DNA of 64,000 nt. Source: Geosiphon pyriformis uo1. Its lineage: Eukaryota > Fungi > Glomeromycota. A program made the translations under genes and the position numbers. The stretch lies in the NCBI GenBank assembly GCA_016748015.1, contig JAAOMT010000779.1, positions 62,001 through 126,000 on the forward strand. The letters run 5' to 3'. The notes under the pieces are model-generated. The model was not told where the DNA came from and did not search any database. It saw only the letters and a program-made list of their open reading frames with translations. Positions 13,830 to 24,365 of this stretch are shown in pieces (positions within the stretch are counted from its first letter, which is position 1; every line of letters starts with the position of its first letter).

Positions 13830-15150
13830 TGAAGAGACAGTCAATATTGGTGTGGAGTTTTTCTGGTTTATGATGTACTATGTATTGATAGTTTGCTAGA
13901 AATCCTGTCCATCAGGTTTGTTTTGCATTTAGCTAAGTATTTTTGTTCTGAAGCCATTTGAGTTCAATATTATCAGTGATAATATTGAATTCCTTTGGTC
14001 GGAAATAAAGGTTGAAATAATATAGGGCCCAAATTACAGCTGCTGTTTCCAATTCAGTGACAGGATAATTTTTCTCAGCTGGTTTTAATGTTTTGCTAGC
14101 ATAGGCAATTACTCACTCATTTCCATTGTCATCCAATTGTGATAAGATAGCATCAAAGGCAGTATAAGAGACATCTGTTACTAATCGGAATTGGTTGCTG
14201 AAATTTGAGTAGGCAAAAATTGGAGCTGTCATTAGTTTTTCTTTGAGGATTTCAAATGCATTTTGGCATTCAGCAGTCCATTCGTATTTAACATTTTTGG
14301 TGGTAAGCTGGTTGAGAGGTTTTGCAATTTCTGAGAATCCTTTGATAAACTTCCGATAGTAGGAGGCTAACCCTATGAATCTTTTTAGTTCTATAGTGTT
14401 TCGAAGAGTTTTGAAGTTTTTGACAACGCTGATTTTTTCAGAGTCTGGTTTGATTCCATTTTTACTAACAATATGACCAAAGAAGGCCAAGCTTGTTTTT
14501 TCAAAGTAGCATTTTTTGATGTTGAGTTTTAGTCCTGCTTTTCATAATCATTGAAAAACTTCTCGCAGGTGTTTTAAGTGTAATTCGAATGATGGAAAAT
14601 AAACATCAGTATCATCAAGGTAAATGACTACTAACTTCCAAAGAAGTTCTTGGTACACAACATCCATTAATCTCTGAAATGTTGCTGGTGCATTGCATAA
14701 TCCAAAAAGCATTACATTGAACTTGTAATTTCCGCCTTGGGTGGTGAATGCTGTTTTGGGGCAATCTTTGGGATCCATAGCAACTTGCCAGTAACCGCTT
14801 TCTAAATCTAGTGTTAAAAAGTATTTGGATTTTCCAAGGGCATCTAACATGTCATCAATTCAGGGAAAGGGGTAGGCATCTCCAATTGTAACACTGTTGA
14901 GTTGTTGGTAGTCAACACAAAATTGTATCTTTCCATTTTTCTTTTTAACTAGCACTACAGGTAAAGTTCAAGAACTCATGAAGAGTTGGATGAGCCTGTT
15001 GTTAAGCATTCGTTGTACTTCTTCTCAAATGAATTGGTGGCTTTCTAGAGCAACTCAATATGCTTGTTGTCTTCTTGGTTTGGCATCTCCTGTATAAATT
15101 TGGTGTTGGACCAAATTGGTTCTTTCTAAGTCATTGTTGTTTTCAGCAAA
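13830..15150 (-). pseudogene. Reverse transcriptase and RNase H
   Basis: LDLESGYWQ, FGLCNAPATFQ, VIYLDD, FFGH, FIGLASYYRKFI, LVTDVS. Several stops. Confidence 0.95.
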
Positions 15151-15654
15151 GATATTGACAAATTCTACAATTAGCTTTTTGAGCTGGCTCCGTTGTTGTG
15201 GTTTAAGTTGTCTCATGTTGATTCGAGATAGTTTTTCTATGACAACATGGTAGTTTTCAGAGCTAGGGTTTGGGTTGATTTTTGGTAATGAATGTCCAAT
15301 GATTTCCAAAAAATTGGGAACTGTCTGGGGTAGTTCTTGTTGAAAAATGTTACTGTGAATGACTCTAATTTCCAAGTTATTTAATAGAACTATAGGGTAA
15401 TTGTTGGGATTGTAAAAAGTAACTTGGACTTTCTTTGTTCCTTCTGGAATATAAATATTTGGGATCAAAATATTATGTTCCAAGCAGACTTGTTCATTGG
15501 ACTCAAAAATTTGTTGTGTGGTTGTTGGCTTTGGGCAGGTGTAGATTTCCGGATGTTCTCCAAAGGATGAAATGGTAATTAGTTGTGGAAGTCTGAGAAT
15601 CTGGTGAGATTTGTTCTGTGTGTTAAGAGCTATATTAACTGGAACTGTAAATCA

Positions 15655-16055
15655 TCCAATTGAACCAAAACTTTGGGTTTCTCTATCACTTTTTCCTAAT
15701 TGTTCTCTTTGATTGACTAGTTGCAAACCCAAAATGTTAATTAGAGATAGGTAAATAGCTTGGGCAATTTTTTCAGCATGGTCAATCTTGAATGGTTTGT
15801 CAGTTTCATTTTGAAGCATCACTGTAATGTCTCCAGTATATCCAGCATCGATTATTTCTCTTCTGACATTGATTCCTTTGCTTGCCAGAGAGGACTGGGA
15901 GGTGATTTAAATCATTGCTTCTAGTGGGATTTCGAGTGCAATTTTGAGGTTGATTTTTGTGAGAGATTTGGGTTTGAGAACAAGAGTATCCTTGTCTGAA
16001 TATCTTAGATCATATCCAGCATCAATTTCATGTGCTTTTTCAGGTTTTATTCTTT
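15655..16055 (-). pseudogene. dUTPase domain within Gypsy pol
   Basis: All five trimeric dUTPase motifs in order: AGYDL, SQSSLA, IIDAGYTG, KIAQAI, DRETQSFGSIG. Confidence 0.92.
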
Positions 16056-16999
16056 GTCCGTTGTTGTTGAAGTATTTGAGTTGTAAGGCAGGTTGACTTT
16101 CGATAAGATAGATGGGTGTTGTTTCAATTTCTTCTGTTGCTTCAGGTTCTCCAAATTCAATTTTGTTTTCATCATTTTCACTGGGCAAGGGAATGCTAAG
16201 AGCATAGCATTCAGGGCACCATTGCTTATTGCAGGGCATTATGCATTCTTCACACAATTTAATGTTTATTTGCTCTAGCCATTGAGCTTGAGCTTCTTTG
16301 GTCAGGTAAGTGTGACTGACAATTTGGTAATATACTTCTACTTTATCTTTGTAGTTGTATCCAGCGATTTCAAAGGTGTATGCAATGTATTCTGATTCTT
16401 TCATTTAACGAACATTTTCTTGAGTGGCTCTGTTGATTAAAGCCATTGCTAGGTCGAAAATTATTTTGGCATCATGAGGATAATTGTACAGTTTGTTAAG
16501 AGCACTGTTGTATGCTGCATCAAAAGATGTTCCTCTTTTGACTTTTTCTGAGATTGATAAAGCATATTGACAAGTTTGATCACAGACTCCTCCTCTCATT
16601 GCTACATCAATTCAATTGCATTCTTCTGGTAGCATATCTCCACAAGTCAAACAAGGAGTGTTGTCCCATTTTCTACTTCTTTTTATTAGATGGCCCTATT
16701 GTTCTCTGTGGCAAGCCTTGCAGTAATAACAAGTATGATTTTCATATTCTTTTTCAGGTGAAATGCAGGCTTCCATTGACAATAGTTTCTTGTGGCAGTC
16801 CTTACATTTAAGAGAAATATAGAGGCGTTGTTTTCTTGGTTCAGGTTTTGAGTAAGGGATATTCCATCCAGAAGTTTCGGGATCAGAGTGTGGGGTAAAA
16901 TGTTCTTGTTCAGTTTCATCAGCCCAATTGGATGTTGATCCAAGAGTCATAAATGTTTCGATTATTGGTTTTTCTTCTTCTGGTTCAAATTCAAAAACC

Positions 17000-19440
17000 G
17001 GGGCTTTTTCGGAGTGTTTATTGAATGTATCACAAGTGGCAGATACTCAGGCATGTTGTCTTTGATAAGAGATTTGTAGTTCTTGGGTTTCCTAGTCTAA
17101 TTTTGCATTGGCTTTTTGGAGCCAATCGTTTCCGACAAGAGCTTAATACTGGGGAACATCCATTATAAGAACTTTGACTGGAATGGTGATTCCATCAAGA
17201 GTGAACGGAAAATTGTCAATTTCTCCTACTGGAGTCTTTTTCATGCCATCAACAGTAATGATTACTGTCTGAGCTGGTCGGTTAACATTTCTCTTTAACT
17301 ATTGCATCAACTGGTAGGTAATGATGCTTCCGGTGGATCCACTGTCTAGGATCAAGCAAATTGACTTTCTTTCTACTTCAGCTTCTGTGTACATTGCAGT
17401 GATGGCTTTTTGCTTATTAGCCACTGCATTGCTAAGCAAGAATGGTGATTCATTTGCTTCAAATTCGAAGAAAAATATATCTGAAAGGTTGGCATTTTCA
17501 GCAATTCTGGCTGGTGGGATTGTGGTAGGAGTATAGAAAGGGTTTTGTTGTTGTGCTGCAGCTCTATCTTCCAAGAGTGCAGTATGGTGAAAATTCTGTT
17601 CTTTAGATATTGTTAAATAACTGGGTTGAGTATAATAGTGGTTGGGTCTTGGTTGAGTGGAATTTTGGGGAACCAATTGGTTGTTTGAACTGATTCTATT
17701 GTTGTTTACTTGGTATCAGTTTTGTGGTGTGAATTGGTTTTGTGGAGTCAATCTTCGAGCAGATATTTAGTAATGTTGTGTGGGTGATTGTTGGCATTGC
17801 TGTTGGATTGGCTGTGGGGCAGGCTGATAATAGTTACTTTGATATTGAGGTTTTGGTGGATAATAAGCTAGTGATAGTTGATAATAAAATTGCTGTGGTG
17901 GAGGGTAATGTTGATTACTCCTATTTTGTTGGTCTTGCTGTAGCTTTCTGCAATCTTTTTTCCAGTGGCCAAAGATTCTACAGTAATGGCAATTCTAAGG
18001 CTGGTTATTAGAAAGTCATGCAAAGTTATTTTAATTTCGTCTTTGGAGTGGTTAATATCTTTGGGGTTGCTGTTGTTGTTAATTGGTGAAATAGTTTTCA
18101 ACCTTCTTTGTTAGTTGGTCAATTTTCTTCTCAGCTACTGAGCTGGTTTCTCCAATTGCCAAATTTACAAGTTTTGTGCGATTGGCCTCTTCTATGGTCA
18201 TTTCGTATCTTTTTGCATACTGTATGGCAGAGTTTAAATCTTCTAAAGCATGTGGACGAACCTTTTTAATCAGTTTATCTTTTAGACCAGCAATAAATTG
18301 ATCCAAGATTTGAGCATTAGAATAATAATCATTAGTTTTAAGTTGACGAATTTGTCTGAGAAGTTTGTTGAATTTCTCAATATAAGTCATGATGGATTCG
18401 GAGGGTTCTTGTTTGATATTGCAAAAACAATTTCAAAGTGTGATTGAGGTGTTGTTATCGATGAATTGTTCTAAGAAGGCAGTTTTGAAAGCTGTCCAGT
18501 TATTAAAAGGGGTGGTCAAGTTTTCGAACCATTTGTCTGCTATTCCTTTAAGAAAGTAGGGAATTGTTCTTAATATTCTGGCAGCATTTCATCTATTTGT
18601 ATCTCCAGCTTTAGTAACTTGGTCGAGCCATTCTTGAAGACTGGTCTCAATATCTTCTCCATAGAATTCAGGGATTTTTGCAATGTATGCTGTTATTTCG
18701 TCTTCTTCATTTTCACTGTCTATTGATTCTTCTTCAGATTTTTCAGAGTTGTTTTTTTTGTTCACTGCTATCTCAGAGTGTTCATTTTGATTTTCAGCTA
18801 GAAAGTCAAGAAGATTGGAACTAGTTTGAAGGGGTTCTTGTTGTCTGATGGGACTTCTGGGTGATGTAAAATTTTTTAGTCTTGCAAATCGATTTAAGGG
18901 TAAATTAGGTGTTTGTGCTTGTGTAAGTGAAGCTGGAAAAGGTGTGATAGTAAGTGGAAGTTTTGAACTGGTTCCTTGTTCAGATGTTTGTAAATGTTTG
19001 GCAGTTGTTTTTGGTAGTATTGGAGTATTTGGGGTGGTTTTTGAATATTGTTTCAATTTTTGTTTGCCTTTGTTGCTTGTTTCTGTCTCTGATTCAAAAT
19101 CAATGGAGTATTGAGACTGTACTGGATATGTTTCTTTACAGTACTTGATAATGTTAAAGTTAAGTTCTTGAAAGTAAGTGGCAAGTGTTTCACTGTTAAG
19201 ATCTTCAGTTCCCAACTGTGAATAGTGTACTAAATTATTGTAAAAGTTGCTTCTAACTTCTGAGATATTGTAATTTCCAAAAAGATAATTGTTGATGCAG
19301 TTTTCAATGTATTGGTATACTGATTTCTTGACAACTTCAATTCCGTCTGGAATGTTGAATCTTTGCTTGCAGTGGGTGTAAATTGATTGGTAATACTCTA
19401 GAGTTGTTGCGTCTGGTGTGGTCACTACTTTGAAGTTGTT
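17000..19440 (-). pseudogene. Gag and aspartic protease
   Basis: Retrotransposon gag-like segments (IPEFYGED..EWL, YIEKFNKLL, QFIAGL) and protease motif LILDSGS (~17340). Confidence 0.88.
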
Positions 19441-19459
19441 TTACTGTGTTGTTTCTGTA

Positions 19460-19470
19460 GGAGAGCACCA
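19460..19470 (-). other. Primer-binding site (PBS)
   Basis: Minus strand TGGTGCTCTCC starts 2 nt after the 5' LTR and is complementary to a tRNA 3' ..GGAGAGCACCA. tRNA identity not determined. Confidence 0.8.
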
Positions 19471-19472
19471 AA

Positions 19473-20424
19473 TATTACCAGAGGTTTTTGGTCTCTTTTC
19501 TTCAATGTTGTTGATGCCTGTTTGCTGTGAATTCACGTTTTCTGGATGTGGTTGAACCTATAATTTGAATTGCTGGGCTTATAAGTGGAATGGCCAATTC
19601 TGTGCCAGTTATTTTGTATAGTTACATTGTAGTAAACATTAACTCTTTCCCAAGAATTGCTCATCTGGAAGCTTACTAAAAATGTGTAGTTACTTTGCTG
19701 TGAAAGTCAACTCTTCTACAGAAATTTTTGTCTGTAGGCTACCCAAATAATTTATAATAAGAAAAGAAAGAGAATAAAAGAAATATAAAAGAAAAAGTAA
19801 GACTGATGATTTATGGAAGTTGTTTTGGATCCAGGCCTGGAAGTGCTTTAACAGTCTACTGAAATTGGTAGCTAATCAATTTTAACTGTTAGTAGAGTTT
19901 GGTTAATTTCAAGAGAAATAATTAAGGATTTGATTTTTCGAATTATTTGATATTTATTTTGTTTTTGTATGTAAAGGATGATTTTAATTATTAAATCTGA
20001 AGTAAGATACATTTTCTCGAAGAGAGAAGCTCTTCTTTTATACAACTTGTCATAACACTATTCTATAAACTTGAACTTTGCTATTTTCTATAATTTTGCT
20101 GAACTAAAGATACATTTCGGTAAACTACAAGTTATTTCTGTGAACTATTAGATATTTCGGCGAACTATCAATTATTTTGGCAAATTTTTTACAAATTTCG
20201 GCGAACTTTTTGAATGTTATATAGTTCGGGGTATTGCATGATTGATCATCACAATTAGGTTACATTTGTGTTATGTACAAATTGAGTTATTAATTAAATG
20301 ATAATTTCGAATATTTTGCTAATATAATAAGTGATAATTTGAAACAATAATATATGCTAATTAATGATAAGATTTATAAGGGTAATTTCATGCTAAACAA
20401 TATCTTTAATTTCGTCTGGTAACA
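19473..20424 (-). repeat. 5' LTR of Gypsy element
   Basis: Direct repeat of 10584-11568. Contains six ~20-bp repeats with core TTTCGGCGAACT (~20090-20210). Confidence 0.95.
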
Positions 20425-23217
20425 CCAGAAATAGTAAGACCATCTGCCATGAGAAATTTATGAGAAATGCCAACTGAAAAAGCTAATACTAAACACATCA
20501 TGACATAAGCAAAAGTATCTGCATGATTATTGTCTACAATGTCTGAATGCCCTTTTACCTTAACCCATTTCACTGAAATGTCTTTTGATTTGATCAAATT
20601 AGAAATATAATGCTTTTCTACCCAGCAACTATTTTGAAAGTTGGGTTGGCAAAATTTACTTTTCTGTATACAAGCATCTAAAGCCACTTGGCTATCCAAA
20701 TAAAGCACCATAGAGCATGATGAAAGAATGCACTCCAATACCAAGACAATAGTCTGTAGCTCAGCTAAAGTAGATAAAAGCAAACCCTGAACTCTTACAC
20801 TCACATCCAAACCAATTTTAGAAAAAAAAGCCACTGCTCCACAAGTTATATCTTCTGTACTCAGGCCACTTAATAAATCATTAATATATATGTTTAGCTC
20901 TTTAGCTCAGACTTCATGCAAATGTTCATGAGCACGCAAGTATCCATTTGAACATAAAAAATTAAAGCAGTTCACACCAGCTTCACATACCCTAAATTTT
21001 GTCAAAAAATCATTCATATGCACAAAAGCCCTAGTAAATTATAATGGCACTGGACCCTTAGGACTCAACCTCTTCCAATATCGAAAGGTCTTTCAATCCA
21101 TAACACAACCACACTTAGTAACTAGAATATCTCCAAAGGCAATGCCAAAATGCTTCAAGAAATGTACCACACCAAAATAATCAACAGTTCCAAGAATTTT
21201 AGATATTGAAAAGCAATTGGACCCACAAAACACACAAGATATATGATTGAACAAAAAAACATTTGCATTAATAAAGATCTTCACAACTCCCGCCAGGAAG
21301 TTATTCAAGGGACACACTCTCAGTTTGACTAAATGGCACAGAGGATAAAGGGGCATCCACTCCAAAATTTGCAAATCCAAAGCATGGTGTAAAAATAAAT
21401 AACCAAGAATCCCAGATGCATTGGAAAAACCAACCACTGAGGCAATTTTGGATTCAGCCTGCATTTGCTCAAAAGACTTCAGACTATATAAAAATGGGTA
21501 ATATAAGGCTTTATTAAGGAAGTTCTTTAACAGCAAAGCCTTAGACCTAAGATCTTTTCTTACCAGAACATCCCACTTTTGACACACACTTTTGGTAACA
21601 AAACTGAACTGCATATGATAATAGACAATAGACTAGAGGACTGCTAACACCATATAAGAGAACTGTTTGTCCGATATCACTTTCTTGAAGACCATATTTG
21701 AAAAAAATCTAACATTCACATGAGCCTTGAATAGACTTGGTTTTAACAGATCTTCTGTAAACAAAAAGACACCCAAATATCTATGGAACTCACCTTTTTG
21801 TACTATTGAGATGGGCTTACCACTAATGAACAAAGATGCATTTGCCATTCTTGAGTTGATGGGAATGGCCATGGTCTTGTCATTGTTAATAGAAATGTCA
21901 TTGAGCTTAAAAAACTCATTTACAATATTTAAAATGTATTGTGTTAAAGTCTGACTGTTCTTCACCCAAATCATATCATCAACAAAAGCACTAGCTGTAA
22001 AGAATGAAAATTTACCCCCATTAGATTCAACTCTGCCTAATTTTGCCACAAAATTTGAATTGATCTTATAATCACACAATTGTTCCTGCCTCTTGACCTC
22101 GCACAACAAAAGATCATAAAAAATTCTTCAAAGAAGTGGAGAAAAGATCTTACTCTGATTTAAATCATTATAAACTACATAACCATTTAAAAAACCAAAG
22201 TTAATCATAATTCTATTAACTCTGTTCATGTGAATTTCGCCAAAAAACTTAATAAATCTGCTACATATTTTGATGCATTCCAAACAAATCTTTAAATGAT
22301 ACCAACTAACCGAATTATATGCTTTTTGCATATCCTGTAAAACCAACCAAATTTCATGATCTTTTTCTAAAACATTTTCCACAACTAAGCCAACAGCAAA
22401 AATGGGAGACTGAGTTGAAGTGCTCTTTAAGACTGAAAAATTGTTACCATGCAAAATACCAAACTTGCTGCATGCAAATAAAATGTGATCTGACAAAATT
22501 TTGGACAAAATTTTTCTCACAGTCTTAATTAGCACAATTAGTTTGGTATTGGTCAAAATCTCATCCCAGTTATAAGGTTTAGGGATCATAGAAACCTATG
22601 TCCTTTTCCAAGAAACAGGAACATTACCAGCTTTCAAACAAGAATTCAACAAAACCAAAAGACAAGCCAATATATCATTACCACATTGTTTCCAAAACTC
22701 ATTAGGTATGCTGAAAAGACTAACAGCTTTGCCATCAGACAATTCACTAACCACTAAGAACAATTTACTTAAACCAATGTTATTTATCACTTCTAAGAAA
22801 GCAGTACTATTTATGTACTTTAATAAGGCATATTGACAAGCCCACAAACTAGGCAGAATAGGAGAGATCTTTCTTTTGTGAGTCCAATCTACCATAATCT
22901 TATCAACTTGAGATCTTACTTTCTCAGATTCTAAAATTAACTCATCCCCAATTACCAGATAATTTAAAACAACTTTGCAAAATAGTTACTTCAGAACACT
23001 TCTGATCATTCCACCTTTATTTGAACTAAAACTTTTCATCTGTTTATTAATCACACTTTTGATGTGTCTATTCTTAGCAAACTCGGCTTTATAGTATTTG
23101 GACTTCTGATAACTCTTCTTGAGCATTGACAAAAATTATTTAAACTAATTAAAACAAGTATTTTATTATTAAATAAAAGTTTTTTAATATTTTTTAAATA
23201 AAATTATATAATAATAG

Positions 23218-23965
23218 TGTTACAGATTAGAGTAACAAGCTAATGGATAGCAAGAGAGAACAAGGTTGTAGAGTGATGAAAATAATCAAAGAGATTTCAA
23301 CTTTAAAGAGCGAATTGAATAAATATGGATTCAATATGTAAGATCAGTCTCATAAAATATCTTAGTTACTATTCTTTTCAAAAGATAATTGGAGAATTTG
23401 AAGGTAGAGGAATAGTCCGTACTGTCAACAAATAATCATACTTGGTATAATTTTATGCCTTATATCAGTGCTCTTAGAATTCAATATCAAGTATCAGATG
23501 TGTTTTTCAGTTATGTTTTATTTAATAATCTTCAAATACTACACTTATACATTTCAGGAAAAGGGTAAAAATTAACCAACAAGTAATCTTTTATCCCAAA
23601 ATATTTGAATACTTGAAGGTAAGGAAAAGAAAATTAGCGATAAGAAAATGATTGAGATGAAAGTTGTTATTTTATTTATTTTTGATTATTTTGAACATGT
23701 TTTTTTATAGCTAAGAGATTCATCACTTATATAGTTGTCAAAAGTGGTCAATAATTAGATCAATGATTAGGTTAATAATTAGATTAATGATTAGGTCAAT
23801 GATCAGATTATTGATCAGGTCAATAATCAAGTCAATGATCAAGTCAATGGTCAGATCATTAATCAGGTTAATAATCACTATCTAAAAATAGAATGGCTAA
23901 TTTATATGACATTAGTGGTTAATACATATAATAATTAATAAGAAGTATAAGTTTCAACTATAACA
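23218..23965. mobile_element. Solo LTR (third family) with 4-bp TSD ATAG
   Basis: TGTTACAG...CTATAACA inverted termini. ATAG at 23214-23217 and 23966-23969. Internal 12-bp tandem array AATGATYAGGTC at ~23750-23880. Confidence 0.85.
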
Positions 23966-24365
23966 ATAGTAATAATAATAATAATATTTATTATTTTTAT
24001 AATTTTAAATTTTAAAAAATTTTTATTATTTTTATTAAAAAAATTAATATATTTATTTAAAAAATAAAATTATTTATAATATAATTATTTTTTAAAAAGC
24101 ACATAAATTGTTTTACTAATAATTTTATTAATATAATTAATTAATTTTTAATTAAGAATGATTTTATTAATTATTATTAGTTAATTTTTACTAATTTAAA
24201 TTTTTATTATTTTTTGTTAATTATTTTCTAAAAATCTAAGTTTTTATAAAAAACATATATAACATAATAAAAAATCAGTTAACTTTAATATTATAATATT
24301 TAATTAAAAAAAATCATGTTAATTATAATGATTATTTAAGATTATAATATTTAATATTATTACTA

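Larger units (their letters stand above)
10584..20424 (-). mobile_element. Full-length Ty3/Gypsy LTR retrotransposon (gag-PR-Cys-rich-dUTPase-RT-RH-IN + ORF3), inactivated by stop codons
   Basis: Paired ~0.95-kb LTRs. Perfect 10-bp terminal inverted repeat TGTTACCAGA...TCTGGTAACA. TSD CCAG at 10580-10583 and 20425-20428. PBS and PPT present. RT-RH-IN domain order. Confidence 0.97.
8685..23135 (-). mobile_element. 5'-truncated LINE ORF2 (RT-RNaseH-CCHC) with 3' UTR/poly(A), split by a solo LTR and a full-length Gypsy element
   Basis: RT (AFVDDMIWV, 21633-22109) and RNase H (AELQTI, LDSQ, KVKGH, 20406-20834). The reading continues across both insertions (..TISG|NAYHFVCDI.. then ..QTLWKTG..). 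Stop at 8819-8821, family 3' UTR, T-run at 8685-8694. Confidence 0.9.
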
